Of a stretch of 64,000 nt of DNA, positions 44,486-55,722 are shown one piece after another. Positions within the stretch are counted from its first letter, which is position 1. Each line of letters begins with the position of its first letter. The notes below the pieces were generated by a model that ran no database searches, was not told where the DNA came from, and was given only the letters and a program-made list of their open reading frames with translations. Both the position numbers and the translations under genes were made by a program. The stretch is from Escherichia phage ESCO13, in the sequence record NC_047770.1, one strand, 5' to 3'.

Positions 44486-45496
44486 ATGGCAGAAAGAGAG
44501 TATACAAAAGCTCCTGCCCCTAATTTAAACAGGGCATACAAATTATTAATTGGTTCTGCCACAAACACAATACAGAAGAGAACTAAGAACTCGGCATTTA
44601 AATCTACAGTAGATTTGGATACCAAGTTAGGGACAACAGAAAAATCCTCTTCTAATTTGTATTTGTTGCAAGACCATCAAATAACCTTCAGTATTAAGAA
44701 AGATAATAACAAAGATCCTAACCAAGCAGAGATTGTAGTTTATAACCTTTCGGATGATACTGTTAACTATATAAACCGTGGTATCCGAAATAACTTGGCT
44801 GTTGCTTTAGCGGTAGGATACGAAGGTGAAGAGTTGGTTATGGTCTTCAAAGGAACTATCCAGTGGGTTAGTGATACTTTTGACTCGGTAGACAGGAAAA
44901 CCACTTTACACTGTTTGGATGGCGGTATTAACATTGCAGAAGCAAGAACAAGCCGCAGTTATCCAAAAGGAACTAAAATCAAACGTGTTGTGACAGATTT
45001 GGTAAAGGATTTAGGAACTACAGAAGGTAATATACACGTAGATAATGATCAAACCTTATCTTCAGCAACAGCTATGTGTGGAAACACTTCACATTACCTA
45101 GAACATATTTGTAAAAGTATTGATCACAATGTGTCGATACAAGATGGATCTGTTTATGTCACTCCTCGTTCACAAATGTCTAGTGCACGTAGCGCCTACA
45201 TTAGCCCTGAAACTGGTCTGATAGGAAGTCCAGAACCATTCCACAACGATATAAAACCTACTAAAAAAGTTACCAAGTCCTCTAAGAAGGCAAAGAAACC
45301 TACAGATGGTGTTAAATTCAAATGCCAAATGAATGGTGCAATACTACCAGAAAAAACAATCTGGTTAAAAAGCCGAGATTATGATGGTCCATTTAAAGTT
45401 GTTTCTGTTTCTCACAATGGTGATAAAGAGGGTAAAGAGTGGGTTACTGAAGTGGAGTGTGTATCCGTGTCTGAAATAATGACTAAGGAGAAATAA
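44486..45496 (+). CDS. Putative baseplate hub protein (P2 gpD / Mu gp44-like position)
   Basis: 336 aa; position after tape measure and before spike. Confidence 0.35.
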   Translation: MAEREYTKAPAPNLNRAYKLLIGSATNTIQKRTKNSAFKSTVDLDTKLGTTEKSSSNLYLLQDHQITFSIKKDNNKDPNQAEIVVYNLSDDTVNYINRGIRNNLAVALAVGYEGEELVMVFKGTIQWVSDTFDSVDRKTTLHCLDGGINIAEARTSRSYPKGTKIKRVVTDLVKDLGTTEGNIHVDNDQTLSSATAMCGNTSHYLEHICKSIDHNVSIQDGSVYVTPRSQMSSARSAYISPETGLIGSPEPFHNDIKPTKKVTKSSKKAKKPTDGVKFKCQMNGAILPEKTIWLKSRDYDGPFKVVSVSHNGDKEGKEWVTEVECVSVSEIMTKEK

Positions 45497-46230
45497 TGGA
45501 TGCATTGAATTTTGTCACAGCAATGCGCGGATTAATGACAGAACAATTAGCAGAAGTCCATACAGCCCTGCCAGTCCGTGTGACTGGCGTTAATTATGGT
45601 GCTAAAACTGTCACTTTAGAATCTATTGTTAAAAACACACGATCTAGTGAAGATGAAATAGATTATCCTACTTTTGAAGATGTTCCTTTTATGGTTAATG
45701 GGGGTGGGACAGGAAGAATCTCATTCCCTATTAAAGCTGGCGATTTAGGAACTGTTATATTTTCTGAAAGAGATCCTTCTAATGCACTGCAAACTAGTGG
45801 AGAAACCTCTTCATCATCCACTTTTATGCAGCCTTGTGGATTATACCCTATTTGTTTTATTCCCAAAATAGCTACAGGAACAGATTCAACAGAAGCCGTA
45901 GATTCTGAAAAGGTAGTTATTTCTAATAACAAAAACACGTACGCTTCTTTCGACCCTACAGGTAATATTTCAATATGGAATAGTCAAGGGATGAAAATAG
46001 ATATTACTACCTCCGGTATTACTATTACAGATGGCACAGGGACTTTGGATCTAAAAGGTGGTAATTTAACTTTCAAAGGCGGCGTGGCAGATATCAATGG
46101 TCTTAAAATAGATCAGAACGGTTTGATGACAGATGGTAATGGCATCGGATTCCATACTCACACGCACACGGTTCGTAACATTCAGAGCGGTAACTCAAGT
46201 GCCGAGTCCTTAAAACCAACAGGAGCCTAA
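45496..46230 (+). CDS. Putative baseplate spike (gpV/gp45-like) with His-rich apex
   Basis: 244 aa; C-terminal GFHTHTHTV His-x-His motif; ATGA overlap with previous gene. Confidence 0.45.
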   Translation: MDALNFVTAMRGLMTEQLAEVHTALPVRVTGVNYGAKTVTLESIVKNTRSSEDEIDYPTFEDVPFMVNGGGTGRISFPIKAGDLGTVIFSERDPSNALQTSGETSSSSTFMQPCGLYPICFIPKIATGTDSTEAVDSEKVVISNNKNTYASFDPTGNISIWNSQGMKIDITTSGITITDGTGTLDLKGGNLTFKGGVADINGLKIDQNGLMTDGNGIGFHTHTHTVRNIQSGNSSAESLKPTGA

Positions 46231-46231
46231 C

Positions 46232-46858
46232 ATGGGAATCCCTTTTGACTTAAAACTTGGGCCAAACAACGACCTCATCATGGATGATGGGGATTTGGTC
46301 CTCACTACAACCAGAACAGAAATTGCAGCACAAACTCTTGGGATAACTCTGAACACGTATCGTGGGGAGTGGTTTTTAAATACTAACTTCGGTGTTCCTT
46401 ACTTACAAGAGATTATTGGTGTTGCTAGAAAGAAAGATATTGTAGACAGAATATTTTTAGCAGAGATTGCCAAAAACGTTTACATAGATACAATAAACAG
46501 TTATAAATCTGCTTATGACATGGATCAACGTTATTACTCAATGACAGTTATGGTCACAGTTGGAGCAGATACAGTAACATCTATATTCAATACTCAACCT
46601 TCTGAAGAGTTTATTTACCCTGAAGCTGGTGAAGACAATGCAGCGATCACTTGTGAAGCTTACAGTATTGTTGAGAATTCGAATAGACTTTATCGCTTTA
46701 TCAACTTTGTTGGTTTGCCACGTGATACCTACTCTACTTGGTGGAATGAATGGTCTACAGAGTCAGCAGTGGAAAGAATCATGGTTAACGAAAAAGGTGA
46801 TGCATTAGCTACAAACAATAATTTCGGTATAACAGCTATGACAGGAGTAGAAGAGTAA
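46232..46858 (+). CDS. Baseplate wedge protein, gp25/GpW-like
   Basis: 208 aa; YRGEWFLNTNFGVPY matches the GE...FG signature of gp25/GpW-like proteins. Confidence 0.5.
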   Translation: MGIPFDLKLGPNNDLIMDDGDLVLTTTRTEIAAQTLGITLNTYRGEWFLNTNFGVPYLQEIIGVARKKDIVDRIFLAEIAKNVYIDTINSYKSAYDMDQRYYSMTVMVTVGADTVTSIFNTQPSEEFIYPEAGEDNAAITCEAYSIVENSNRLYRFINFVGLPRDTYSTWWNEWSTESAVERIMVNEKGDALATNNNFGITAMTGVEE

Positions 46859-47331
46859 TGGCAGATTTAACTACGATCAAAGTTTCTGATCTTACACAAA
46901 CAACCTCTGTGTCTGATACAGATTTCTTTGTAACAGATCAGGCTGGAATAACAAAGAAAACTTCTTTGAAAGTGCTGTTGAGTGGTGCAGGGGTAACTAG
47001 AAACCGTCTGAATGCACGGGGAACAGTAACTAGCACCCTGGCATTAGATATTAGTTCGGCAGAATATTTTTCAGCAACTTTATCTTCTGCAACGTGCACA
47101 ATTAGTTTTACTAATATTCCAGTAGCAACAAATGCAGTTTTAAACTTTACTTTAGCTTTGCGTCAAGGAAGTGGTGCAAATAAAGTCGTATGGCCTTCTT
47201 CTGTAAAATGGAGTTTTGGTCGTTCCCCAGTTTTGAGTTATCGTCAAGGTGCAACAGACACTTTTGAGTTTATCAGTTATGATAATGGAGCAACTTGGAC
47301 AGGTAGCTTAGTTTTAGCAGGAGTTATTTAA
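46858..47331 (+). CDS. Hypothetical baseplate-associated protein
   Basis: 157 aa; overlapping start/stop with neighbours. Confidence 0.35.
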   Translation: MADLTTIKVSDLTQTTSVSDTDFFVTDQAGITKKTSLKVLLSGAGVTRNRLNARGTVTSTLALDISSAEYFSATLSSATCTISFTNIPVATNAVLNFTLALRQGSGANKVVWPSSVKWSFGRSPVLSYRQGATDTFEFISYDNGATWTGSLVLAGVI

Positions 47332-50207
47332 TGTCAAGAGTTAAGCACAATATTGACAACACGTTTCAGTTGATTGAAGGGTTGGTTCAGTTTTTGGAAA
47401 GAAATACTGGGCTTACCATAGATCCTACGGTTCAGCATTACATTATCAACCCACAAAACGTATTGGCGAACAACAGACACTTTATTAACTGGACAGCGCA
47501 GGAAGGGCAACCAAACGGTGACGCTACTACCGAAGGTCAATCTGTGCTTATCACTGGTTTTGCTTATGCATATTTGGCTACAGGGGATAAAAAATATCTT
47601 GAATCTGCCGAGAAGTATTGGCAAGCCTATATAGATCACTTCTTCGGGGGCCAACCTATTCCTGATCCTCCGGCTAAGTATCGTCCCAACTGGATCATCA
47701 ATGGTAAAGAACCACGTTTAGCACATTACCCTCTCACAGATGATGGGTATCCTACGCACGGTGGGTTCAAAGGTAGCATGATGACTTGGATTAACGGAAG
47801 GACTGTTATTCCTAAAGGTGCACCGCATTGGGGAGAATACTTAGATAAAGCTTGGTTTGCTTTCAATGGTAATCTTGGTTGGAACTCCGTTAACGCAACA
47901 GTTTATGCAACTAACCCAGATGGTTCAACTAACTGGAAAGAATATGGAGATCAGTGGGACGTTGAATGGATTATAGATCGTCTAGGACGTAAAGTTGATT
48001 GGGATGGTAACATTTTATCTACAGGGCACAGCTTCGCAGAATATGGAACAGTGCAACTTAAAAATGCTTCTGTGAACGGTGATTATAAATTCAACTACGC
48101 TACATGCAACCCTGTAGAACACGGTGGATATCTGCTTAAGCGTAATGAGATGTGGCATAACCGTCCTGTAAACGTTCCGGTAGAGTTAGGCTATCAAGAT
48201 AATGCTTCCGATGCTGAAACGTGGTGGTGTGATGCAAACTACTTGATGTATCAGATCACAGGAGAGAGAAAATACTGGCTTTGCTGGCAATCTTCTTTAT
48301 TGTTGTGTCAAGACTACTCAAACATCGATATGTTTGATAAATTCTTCCGTAGATCTACGACAGCAATAATTCCTTTTACAGATGGTATCTCGTATGATTA
48401 CTCATACCCATCTACAGCAATACCTAAATATTCTCGTGACGAATTAGGATATACAGTAATTCGCCAAGATGTTTCAGCACAAACAACTCTAGAACAACAG
48501 GCAGTTTGGTTCAGAGTGGATCAGAATTCAAAACTGCGTATTGAGTTTCAAGGTGTAGATGATGCAGGGGAAGGTGTTCTTTTCCGTCCAGAGTTAGAAT
48601 TAAGCAAGACTAAGAGTGAAACAGACACAGTGACATATCGTTGTGGCTTACCTCTTGGTGCAGCTAATATGACTAAGATGGATATACCTTTATCTAGTTT
48701 TATGCGCACCGAACCTCCTGGAGGTGGTGTATATATTATTGCTGAACCTAGAATCATTGTTGACTGGGGAAGCAATACTGTGATACAATATAAATATGCA
48801 ACTGGTATTGCTGGGACAAATAGTGATCAGATAGTTTCTGCTAATATGGATTCAGATGGTGGTTTTACTATTGGATTTTGGTTAACACCAACTAAAACAG
48901 CCAATTTAAAATCTATTACCTATCGTTCATACGCAGATGATTTTAACATCACTATTACGGATTCCGCAGGTTGGAGATGGTGGGCCATGTTAGAAAAAAC
49001 AAATTCTGCATGGGTTACTAAAGCTTTAAGTCCTGCTGATTTCAAATTAAGCACTTGGCAACCTAATCACAATGACACAGAGACAAAACCTTCGTCAATA
49101 AACCTGACTGCTGTTGATCAGATCAACATTGCATTGGATTCTGAACCTGCAAATGGCTTGACAGGGGCAATCGACTTTTATTGCGTTAACGATATCCCAT
49201 CTTTGTATTCTTCAGCCGCTGGTGATGATTACACAATGTATTTCAGGGTTACAGTTTCATCTGAAAATCCTTATACAGCAAAACTTGGAGATTGTACAAT
49301 ACTGGACTACAAACTTGACAGTTTGAATTATACTCCAGGAATCATTCCATTTTCCAATATTAGTGATCCTAACACAGCATTATATGACGGTTGGCGTGGT
49401 ATTCCTTACCCAGGTTATCAATACCCATCCTTATATTGTTTTAAAGGGAGAGATATTGACTGGGTTCGTATGAACAACAGTATAGACTTTTTATATGATT
49501 CACAAATGTGGTTTTATAATAAGTTTGCCCCTGTGATGCCTGGGCCAATGGCACAAGCTTATGTTTGGGATCGTTGGGATGCTCATAAATACGGAAACAA
49601 GAATGAGTTCACAATGTATCATTGGAACGATAAAGCTTGGGATGGTTATGAAGCACGAGCATTCTTCTGTGCATGTCATACAGTATACGAACTGAAACAA
49701 CGAGGAGCAGAAGTTCCTGCAAAACTTTTAACAGTTTGTAAAAACTGGATCAACTATCTGAAATGGTTCCAAGATAACAACGAAGGAAGAACACCAACAA
49801 TATTTTATCCCAATGGAGAAGTGGCTGCGCCTGTAGATGACTTTACAAGTCACATGTCTGCGCTCTTTATGGCGGGATGTGCTATAATGGGGATGGCTGG
49901 ATATGATTCAGAAATTCCTAACATTAGAATAGTAGCAGACCGCTGTTTTGAACTTATTCAGGAAAACTATATTGTTCTTGGTCCTAATCACGTCATGAAT
50001 GGTTGTTGGAGTGCCGCTCCTAGACCAGACAGTGATAACGGAGTCTTCTTTGGCTTCCACGCTGGAGAGTTGTTACGTGGTTTTGGGTTGTATGCTTTAT
50101 ACAAAAAACTTAATCCCCAAAATGCATTACCTGTTTTGGATTCGAGCAATATTCCTGCACTTACTGTTTTGACAATGGCAAACATTAGTGTGGACGTTAC
50201 CGAGTAA
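47331..50207 (+). CDS. Large tail-associated protein, possible polysaccharide depolymerase
   Basis: 958 aa; N-terminal region has (alpha/alpha)6-toroid-like pattern (SVLITGFAYAYLATGDKKYLESAEKYW); W/Y-rich; inserted between wedge and gpJ-like genes. Confidence 0.4.
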   Translation: MSRVKHNIDNTFQLIEGLVQFLERNTGLTIDPTVQHYIINPQNVLANNRHFINWTAQEGQPNGDATTEGQSVLITGFAYAYLATGDKKYLESAEKYWQAYIDHFFGGQPIPDPPAKYRPNWIINGKEPRLAHYPLTDDGYPTHGGFKGSMMTWINGRTVIPKGAPHWGEYLDKAWFAFNGNLGWNSVNATVYATNPDGSTNWKEYGDQWDVEWIIDRLGRKVDWDGNILSTGHSFAEYGTVQLKNASVNGDYKFNYATCNPVEHGGYLLKRNEMWHNRPVNVPVELGYQDNASDAETWWCDANYLMYQITGERKYWLCWQSSLLLCQDYSNIDMFDKFFRRSTTAIIPFTDGISYDYSYPSTAIPKYSRDELGYTVIRQDVSAQTTLEQQAVWFRVDQNSKLRIEFQGVDDAGEGVLFRPELELSKTKSETDTVTYRCGLPLGAANMTKMDIPLSSFMRTEPPGGGVYIIAEPRIIVDWGSNTVIQYKYATGIAGTNSDQIVSANMDSDGGFTIGFWLTPTKTANLKSITYRSYADDFNITITDSAGWRWWAMLEKTNSAWVTKALSPADFKLSTWQPNHNDTETKPSSINLTAVDQINIALDSEPANGLTGAIDFYCVNDIPSLYSSAAGDDYTMYFRVTVSSENPYTAKLGDCTILDYKLDSLNYTPGIIPFSNISDPNTALYDGWRGIPYPGYQYPSLYCFKGRDIDWVRMNNSIDFLYDSQMWFYNKFAPVMPGPMAQAYVWDRWDAHKYGNKNEFTMYHWNDKAWDGYEARAFFCACHTVYELKQRGAEVPAKLLTVCKNWINYLKWFQDNNEGRTPTIFYPNGEVAAPVDDFTSHMSALFMAGCAIMGMAGYDSEIPNIRIVADRCFELIQENYIVLGPNHVMNGCWSAAPRPDSDNGVFFGFHAGELLRGFGLYALYKKLNPQNALPVLDSSNIPALTVLTMANISVDVTE

Positions 50208-50215
50208 GGGGTAAA

Positions 50216-52279
50216 ATGAAACAAGCTATATTTACTGTCACGCGAGACAAGAGAGTAAATGCGAGTTCATTTAACTACACGACTGTTGACGGAACAGCAG
50301 TCGCTGGTAGAGATTATATAGCAAAATCGGGAACACTTGTGTTCCCTGATGATGCTGATTCTGCTACCATTGTGGTTGAAGTATTTGAACGACCAAAGAA
50401 CTCAATAGATCTTAACTTCTCCCTCCAAGTTTCAGGGATTAGTCAAAATAACATGATGGTTGAAACGACCATCAATTGTATTATAACTACTATCCAAGAA
50501 AACACTACTCCAATAACTTGGACTACAAAAGACGTTAAAATGTTCTCTCCTATGTATTGGACAATAGACTCTCAAGCAACGGAAAGTTGTTCTATTGTAT
50601 CTCATGGAGACTCTTTTACTGCAAGATTTGTAAACAGAACAGCAGCAGGTTTGGCAGGGGTTATCTGGAGCACAGTTGACAAATATGATCACAAAGGTGT
50701 TGGGTATTTACCCCACACAGATTTAAGTTCAGAGAAACTTTGGTTTAAAATGGAAATTAGTCAAAACATGCCAGGTTTTAAAGAAGAACCTTTGGTGCCG
50801 ACTTTGACTGTAACTCTCCTGGATAAAAGTGTTCATTATGTCAGTTTAGGATTCTACGCTTCAGATATTTCAGAAGATGGTAAAACAGCCACAATCAAGT
50901 TAGATTTTGGTAATATCTTTTCTGGCCCTAATAATGATATTCCTTTGGATATGAGTGCTGTAGATAATATTTTCTTCTCTTTGATTACAGCAAGGTATGA
51001 AGAAATAGAAGAGATTGTACCTATTGCCAGTCAAGAGGCTTGGTTTACTTTCACTCTTCTTGAACCTACTTCTGGTTACAGTATGATGAAAGTCAGCAAC
51101 CTTGTCCAGCCTGAACATGATATTCGCATGTGCACATCTTATGATGATATGTATAACCTGACTCCAGAGAGAGTTATTTATAATACGTATGCACTAGGTT
51201 ATCGTGGAATGATTAACCATTACAACGGAATGTCTCACTATTATGAGTTCTCATGGAACGGAACATCTTGGGCTTTAAATAGATCTGTTTTCCTGAATCC
51301 GGCTACAGAAGCTTGGCTTAACAGTTTCCATTCTATAGCTAATGAAAATGGCTACACAATAATGAACTCTTTGAGTTTTGAGTTGATGAGCACAGTTTGT
51401 CCTGTAGAATGGGTTCAACATGATTGGAACGATGCTCTTGCAGCAACAGGTTATGAGCCGCCTAGTTATGTGTTATCTCCAACAATTGATGAAGGTATGG
51501 AATATTTGCAAAATGTTATTAACAAAATAGCATCTATTTCTCAAGCTAACAATATTCCAGTCGTCATTCAAATTGGTGAACCTTGGTGGTGGTATAATAC
51601 AGCAAGTAAAATGCCTTGTATATATGATTACACTACCAAACTAGCATTCAATACAGAAACAGGCTTATTTGCACAAGATGCAGGAACAATAGATAATTAT
51701 AAAACAGGAACACCGTTTGACGAATACTATGCATTTTTGTCTCGTAAACTAGGATTAAGAGTTACAAAGTTTGCAACAGACACTAGAGCAACTTATCCAG
51801 GAGCTAAAGTAACATTGCTTCCGTTCTTACCGTCAATTATTGGCAACGGTTTGATGGAGAAAGTTAACTTTCCGTCTGATTACTACATTCCTGAAGCTTT
51901 TGATTTTTACTGTTCAGAGTGTTACGACTGGCTTCTGGAAGGTAAAATGATGAAAGCATTTGATGCAATTACCATACCACATGAAAAATTAGGTTTTGAA
52001 TATTCTGATATTCACTATCTTTCAGGTTTTGTTCCAGATGCTACTCTTGCACCTTTGTATGGCTTCGATCCTGAATCAAACTACCGCACGTATCTTTGGA
52101 AAATGATTATAGGTAATATAGTGTTGAACGCCAATAAGTTCAATGGACTTACACAATATATATGGGCCTATCCTCAAATAATGCACGATTCCATCACGGT
52201 AGTTAATTCTCAATCCCAAGTTTTCTATATGGGTAACGTGCCTTTGAACGTTTATTTACAGGATACAGTATATGCCTAA
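50216..52279 (+). CDS. Large tail-associated protein (unknown; possible receptor-binding/enzymatic)
   Basis: 687 aa ORF in baseplate/fibre region. Confidence 0.35.
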   Translation: MKQAIFTVTRDKRVNASSFNYTTVDGTAVAGRDYIAKSGTLVFPDDADSATIVVEVFERPKNSIDLNFSLQVSGISQNNMMVETTINCIITTIQENTTPITWTTKDVKMFSPMYWTIDSQATESCSIVSHGDSFTARFVNRTAAGLAGVIWSTVDKYDHKGVGYLPHTDLSSEKLWFKMEISQNMPGFKEEPLVPTLTVTLLDKSVHYVSLGFYASDISEDGKTATIKLDFGNIFSGPNNDIPLDMSAVDNIFFSLITARYEEIEEIVPIASQEAWFTFTLLEPTSGYSMMKVSNLVQPEHDIRMCTSYDDMYNLTPERVIYNTYALGYRGMINHYNGMSHYYEFSWNGTSWALNRSVFLNPATEAWLNSFHSIANENGYTIMNSLSFELMSTVCPVEWVQHDWNDALAATGYEPPSYVLSPTIDEGMEYLQNVINKIASISQANNIPVVIQIGEPWWWYNTASKMPCIYDYTTKLAFNTETGLFAQDAGTIDNYKTGTPFDEYYAFLSRKLGLRVTKFATDTRATYPGAKVTLLPFLPSIIGNGLMEKVNFPSDYYIPEAFDFYCSECYDWLLEGKMMKAFDAITIPHEKLGFEYSDIHYLSGFVPDATLAPLYGFDPESNYRTYLWKMIIGNIVLNANKFNGLTQYIWAYPQIMHDSITVVNSQSQVFYMGNVPLNVYLQDTVYA

Positions 52280-52532
52280 AGAAAGTGGTTTTAAAAAATT
52301 TATTCGCGGAATGTTCTGCACTTACCCTGGCAACGGGGTAAGCTCTACAAAAGTCTGGAACGCTGTAGGCATGTCTGTTATGACAGGCATGTTTATCTTT
52401 TTAGGAATAGAAAAAGAAATTCCTGAATGGATGGGTTGGGCTTTTGTTTTCATGATAACTCCTTCTCGCCTCATGAAAAATCTTATTGATTTACGCTGGG
52501 GCAGATCACAATCTACCAAAGAGGATGACTAA
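52272..52532 (+). CDS. Small protein with hydrophobic segments
   Basis: 86 aa; two hydrophobic stretches; overlaps neighbours. Confidence 0.35.
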   Translation: MPKESGFKKFIRGMFCTYPGNGVSSTKVWNAVGMSVMTGMFIFLGIEKEIPEWMGWAFVFMITPSRLMKNLIDLRWGRSQSTKEDD

Positions 52533-54019
52533 TGGATGAATATGGTTTGACAGATGCGGGATTTGTAATCCCGACTTTTGACGATGTTCTAAACAACTAT
52601 ATGACAGCAGTAAAAAACACATTTGGTGCAGATGCAGCCACTTCGGAAGATACTGTGATCGGACAACTGTTTAGAATAATTGCATACACAGATTACACAT
52701 TGTGGGAAGGTATGCAAGGTGTTTATAATACTCAAACACTAGATGGTGCAGAAGGTATTTATCTTGATGAAATCTTTTCTAAACGCGGTTTCTATCGAGC
52801 AGGGGCAGCAGCAAGTACAGGTTATGCCTATGTTAAGAGTAATAACAAAGCAGCTTGGACTTATGAGTTAGGCACGGATATTTACTTCAACTCTGATAGT
52901 GATATGAACTACTATGTTAGCACACCAACTATGTTGAATGCTAAGATTGCAGCTTATCAAATCTCTCGTGCTAATGCAACTGCTACAGGTGTTCCAAATA
53001 TTACTTTTTATGCACAAAGTGCGGTGGATGGAGGACTAAACAGTAAAACACTTGCACCTGGTTCTTCTACATTTATAACCGATCTTGAAACTTTTATCAA
53101 GGCGAATTTAACAGAAGCTGATCGTAGTCTTGTATTTTCTGATTCAGGTAACTTATCAATTGGTTTTACTTCTTTAACCAGTGATACTCCAGTGGGGCTG
53201 GTAACTCCTATTAAATTTTATGCTAGTGTTCCGGTTGGAACCAAGTGGAGTGAGATTCCGGTAGTTGCAGCAGAGAAAGGATACAATCCTGTTGGTGTGG
53301 AGTCTATTACAGGGATATCTTCTACCTTTACAGGTTATCTTGATAGTGGTAACTTCTATTCATTTTCCCCTGGTCGAGATGTTGAGACAGACGCAGAATT
53401 CCGCTCTCGTTTCAATGACAACGTTGACGAAGCTAACGCAGGGACACGAGCAGCTATTGTGAAAGCTCTGCTACTTACAGATGGTGTTACTAAGGTGAAG
53501 ATTTATGATAACCCTACATTACATGATCAAGAACATGCTCCAGCTATGACTTTCCAGACTATAGTTTATGGTGGCAGTGCAGAAGAAATTGCAAATGTTA
53601 TCTATAAAACCAAACCAATCAACACTTTGACACACGGAACAACAAACATAACAGTTACAACAGAAGATGGAGGACAAGAAATTATTCGCTTCTCTCCTGG
53701 TGCTTCTGTTATGTATTCCGTAAAACTTGTTTATCAAACTGTCAACGGAACAACTTTAAGTGGAACAGAAAAACAAAACATCGTAGAAGCTTTACAAAAC
53801 CTGCAAGCTTACTTTGAGTTAGGTTCTTCAGTAACGAACGATCAAATCAAAGGTGTTATTTATGCAGCACTTGCTTTTGGACGCTTGACTTCTCTTCGTG
53901 TTTATGTTAAACTTAATACTGAGGATGACAGTAAATATACAGAGAATAATATAGTTCCTGCTTATAATGTTGTCCCTTCTTTTGACCTTGATAACATTTC
54001 TTACGAGTATGGAGTGTAA
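52532..54019 (+). CDS. Baseplate protein, gpJ/gp47-like
   Basis: 495 aa; position immediately upstream of gpI-like and fibre genes. Confidence 0.4.
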   Translation: MDEYGLTDAGFVIPTFDDVLNNYMTAVKNTFGADAATSEDTVIGQLFRIIAYTDYTLWEGMQGVYNTQTLDGAEGIYLDEIFSKRGFYRAGAAASTGYAYVKSNNKAAWTYELGTDIYFNSDSDMNYYVSTPTMLNAKIAAYQISRANATATGVPNITFYAQSAVDGGLNSKTLAPGSSTFITDLETFIKANLTEADRSLVFSDSGNLSIGFTSLTSDTPVGLVTPIKFYASVPVGTKWSEIPVVAAEKGYNPVGVESITGISSTFTGYLDSGNFYSFSPGRDVETDAEFRSRFNDNVDEANAGTRAAIVKALLLTDGVTKVKIYDNPTLHDQEHAPAMTFQTIVYGGSAEEIANVIYKTKPINTLTHGTTNITVTTEDGGQEIIRFSPGASVMYSVKLVYQTVNGTTLSGTEKQNIVEALQNLQAYFELGSSVTNDQIKGVIYAALAFGRLTSLRVYVKLNTEDDSKYTENNIVPAYNVVPSFDLDNISYEYGV

Positions 54020-54021
54020 AA

Positions 54022-54651
54022 ATGGCAGTGAGTGTTGACCATGTAACAACTTGGGCCAGTATCAATGAAGATGTTAAAAACCTTCTGATTGAAGATTTTA
54101 AATCTTCTCCTAACATTGTCAAGCTCCTCTACATCGTATCCAGTGAAAAGCAAAAGATAGATCAGGCAATGATCTATCTTGCTAAACACCGCTTGATCTC
54201 TACAGCCACAGGCAAATACCTAGATATTCTAGGGGAAGAAATGGGGATCGAACGTAATGGCTCTGATGATGAAGAGTATAGAACAATATTAAAAATCAGG
54301 GCTTACCGCGTAGCCTCATCGGGGACTCGTGGTGACATAATTGATATCTTCGCCCGTTTCACAGGAACAGAGCGTGAAACGCTTAATACTTACGTAGGTT
54401 TGAATAAAACCTTTGATGTGTTTTTCTACAACCTGTGTCTTCAATCTGATCAAGCTTTAGAGCAGTTGCTAAGTGTTTTCCCTATTATTAGTAGCTACCG
54501 TCTTGGAGCAAAAGCAGGATCAGCTTTTGGTTTTAGTTCTTATTATGCTACCAAACCGCCTCATGGTATTGGTGGTTTAGGTTCCCTGTACATGGAATCT
54601 ACTGGGGATGAAACAGGACGCATGTGTACGCTTCTCAAGCAAATAGATTAA
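54022..54651 (+). CDS. Baseplate/tail protein, P2 gpI-like
   Basis: 209 aa; ATGKYLDILGEEMGIER block resembles gpI-family motif. Confidence 0.45.
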   Translation: MAVSVDHVTTWASINEDVKNLLIEDFKSSPNIVKLLYIVSSEKQKIDQAMIYLAKHRLISTATGKYLDILGEEMGIERNGSDDEEYRTILKIRAYRVASSGTRGDIIDIFARFTGTERETLNTYVGLNKTFDVFFYNLCLQSDQALEQLLSVFPIISSYRLGAKAGSAFGFSSYYATKPPHGIGGLGSLYMESTGDETGRMCTLLKQID

Positions 54652-54660
54652 GGAGTTTAA

Positions 54661-55722
54661 ATGGCGAAGCCAATATATTATCCTGACTGGGCTACACAAA
54701 CTGTAACGCTCCCAGGAACTTTAAACACAAACAAAATTAGACCTAAAGAAACCATCCGCACAGTTGGTATGGATTATGGTCAAATCATGACTTGCGAAGA
54801 AATGAACTGGATTCTTAATAATATCGGTTTATGGATTCGCTATTTGGTGGATGACTTTCTTCCAACTTTACCTAATACCTACTTGCCTTTAGTGGGAACT
54901 AAGATTACAATGGCAGGTGATGCTACTGGTGAGGCTACTTGGAACGGTAACAAAGAAGTTACTTTATCTATCCAGGTTCAAGATAACAGTCATAATCACT
55001 TGTCGGCAAACATTACGGATGCCACTAGTTCAACAGTAACACCAAACGTGTTGGTAAAACGTGATGCGGGTGGTGCTATTTATGGTGGTGATGTTTATGT
55101 TAACGGTACTTCCACAACAGATCCTGCAACACTGTTCTTCAAAAACTTTGCAGGACAAACAAATGGTGAGATTTCTGCCGAGTATCAAAGCGGAGGTCAG
55201 CTTTACATCTATCGTAGAAATCCTAGCACAGGCAGTGTATCGGCAGGTGTTCGTTTATATGATGCAGGTTATGTTCTAATAGATAATCCAAGATCAAACA
55301 GTGGACAAGACACTTCTAACGGAAATGCTTTAGTTCGTTTAGATTATCTGAACTCTCGTTTGACTTCCCTTCAGAACACATTGCAGACGAATATTAACAC
55401 TGTTCAAAACAACTTGAATAATGTTAACAACAACCTCTCTTCTCGTATAAACAATGTAGAAAGTAATCATCAAAGTCAGATTACAAATAACTACAACTAT
55501 GCTAACGGAACCTTTGTAAGAGATATTCGTTATACTAGCCAAGGTGTGTATTATCCACCAGGGAACGAGGTTTCTTGGACTTATATCTGTTCTTCTGGTT
55601 ATGTTCTTTCTGGTATTATCGTACAGGAAACAGGACGTAGCTCTGCGGATAACATCGGTGGGGTTTACTTCAAACGCCTCCAGCGCAACGTTAACGGAAA
55701 CTGGTACGATATTGGAGGCTAA
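54661..55722 (+). CDS. Tail fibre protein
   Basis: 353 aa; central N/L/Q-rich coiled-coil; follows gpJ/gpI-like genes. Confidence 0.5.
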   Translation: MAKPIYYPDWATQTVTLPGTLNTNKIRPKETIRTVGMDYGQIMTCEEMNWILNNIGLWIRYLVDDFLPTLPNTYLPLVGTKITMAGDATGEATWNGNKEVTLSIQVQDNSHNHLSANITDATSSTVTPNVLVKRDAGGAIYGGDVYVNGTSTTDPATLFFKNFAGQTNGEISAEYQSGGQLYIYRRNPSTGSVSAGVRLYDAGYVLIDNPRSNSGQDTSNGNALVRLDYLNSRLTSLQNTLQTNINTVQNNLNNVNNNLSSRINNVESNHQSQITNNYNYANGTFVRDIRYTSQGVYYPPGNEVSWTYICSSGYVLSGIIVQETGRSSADNIGGVYFKRLQRNVNGNWYDIGG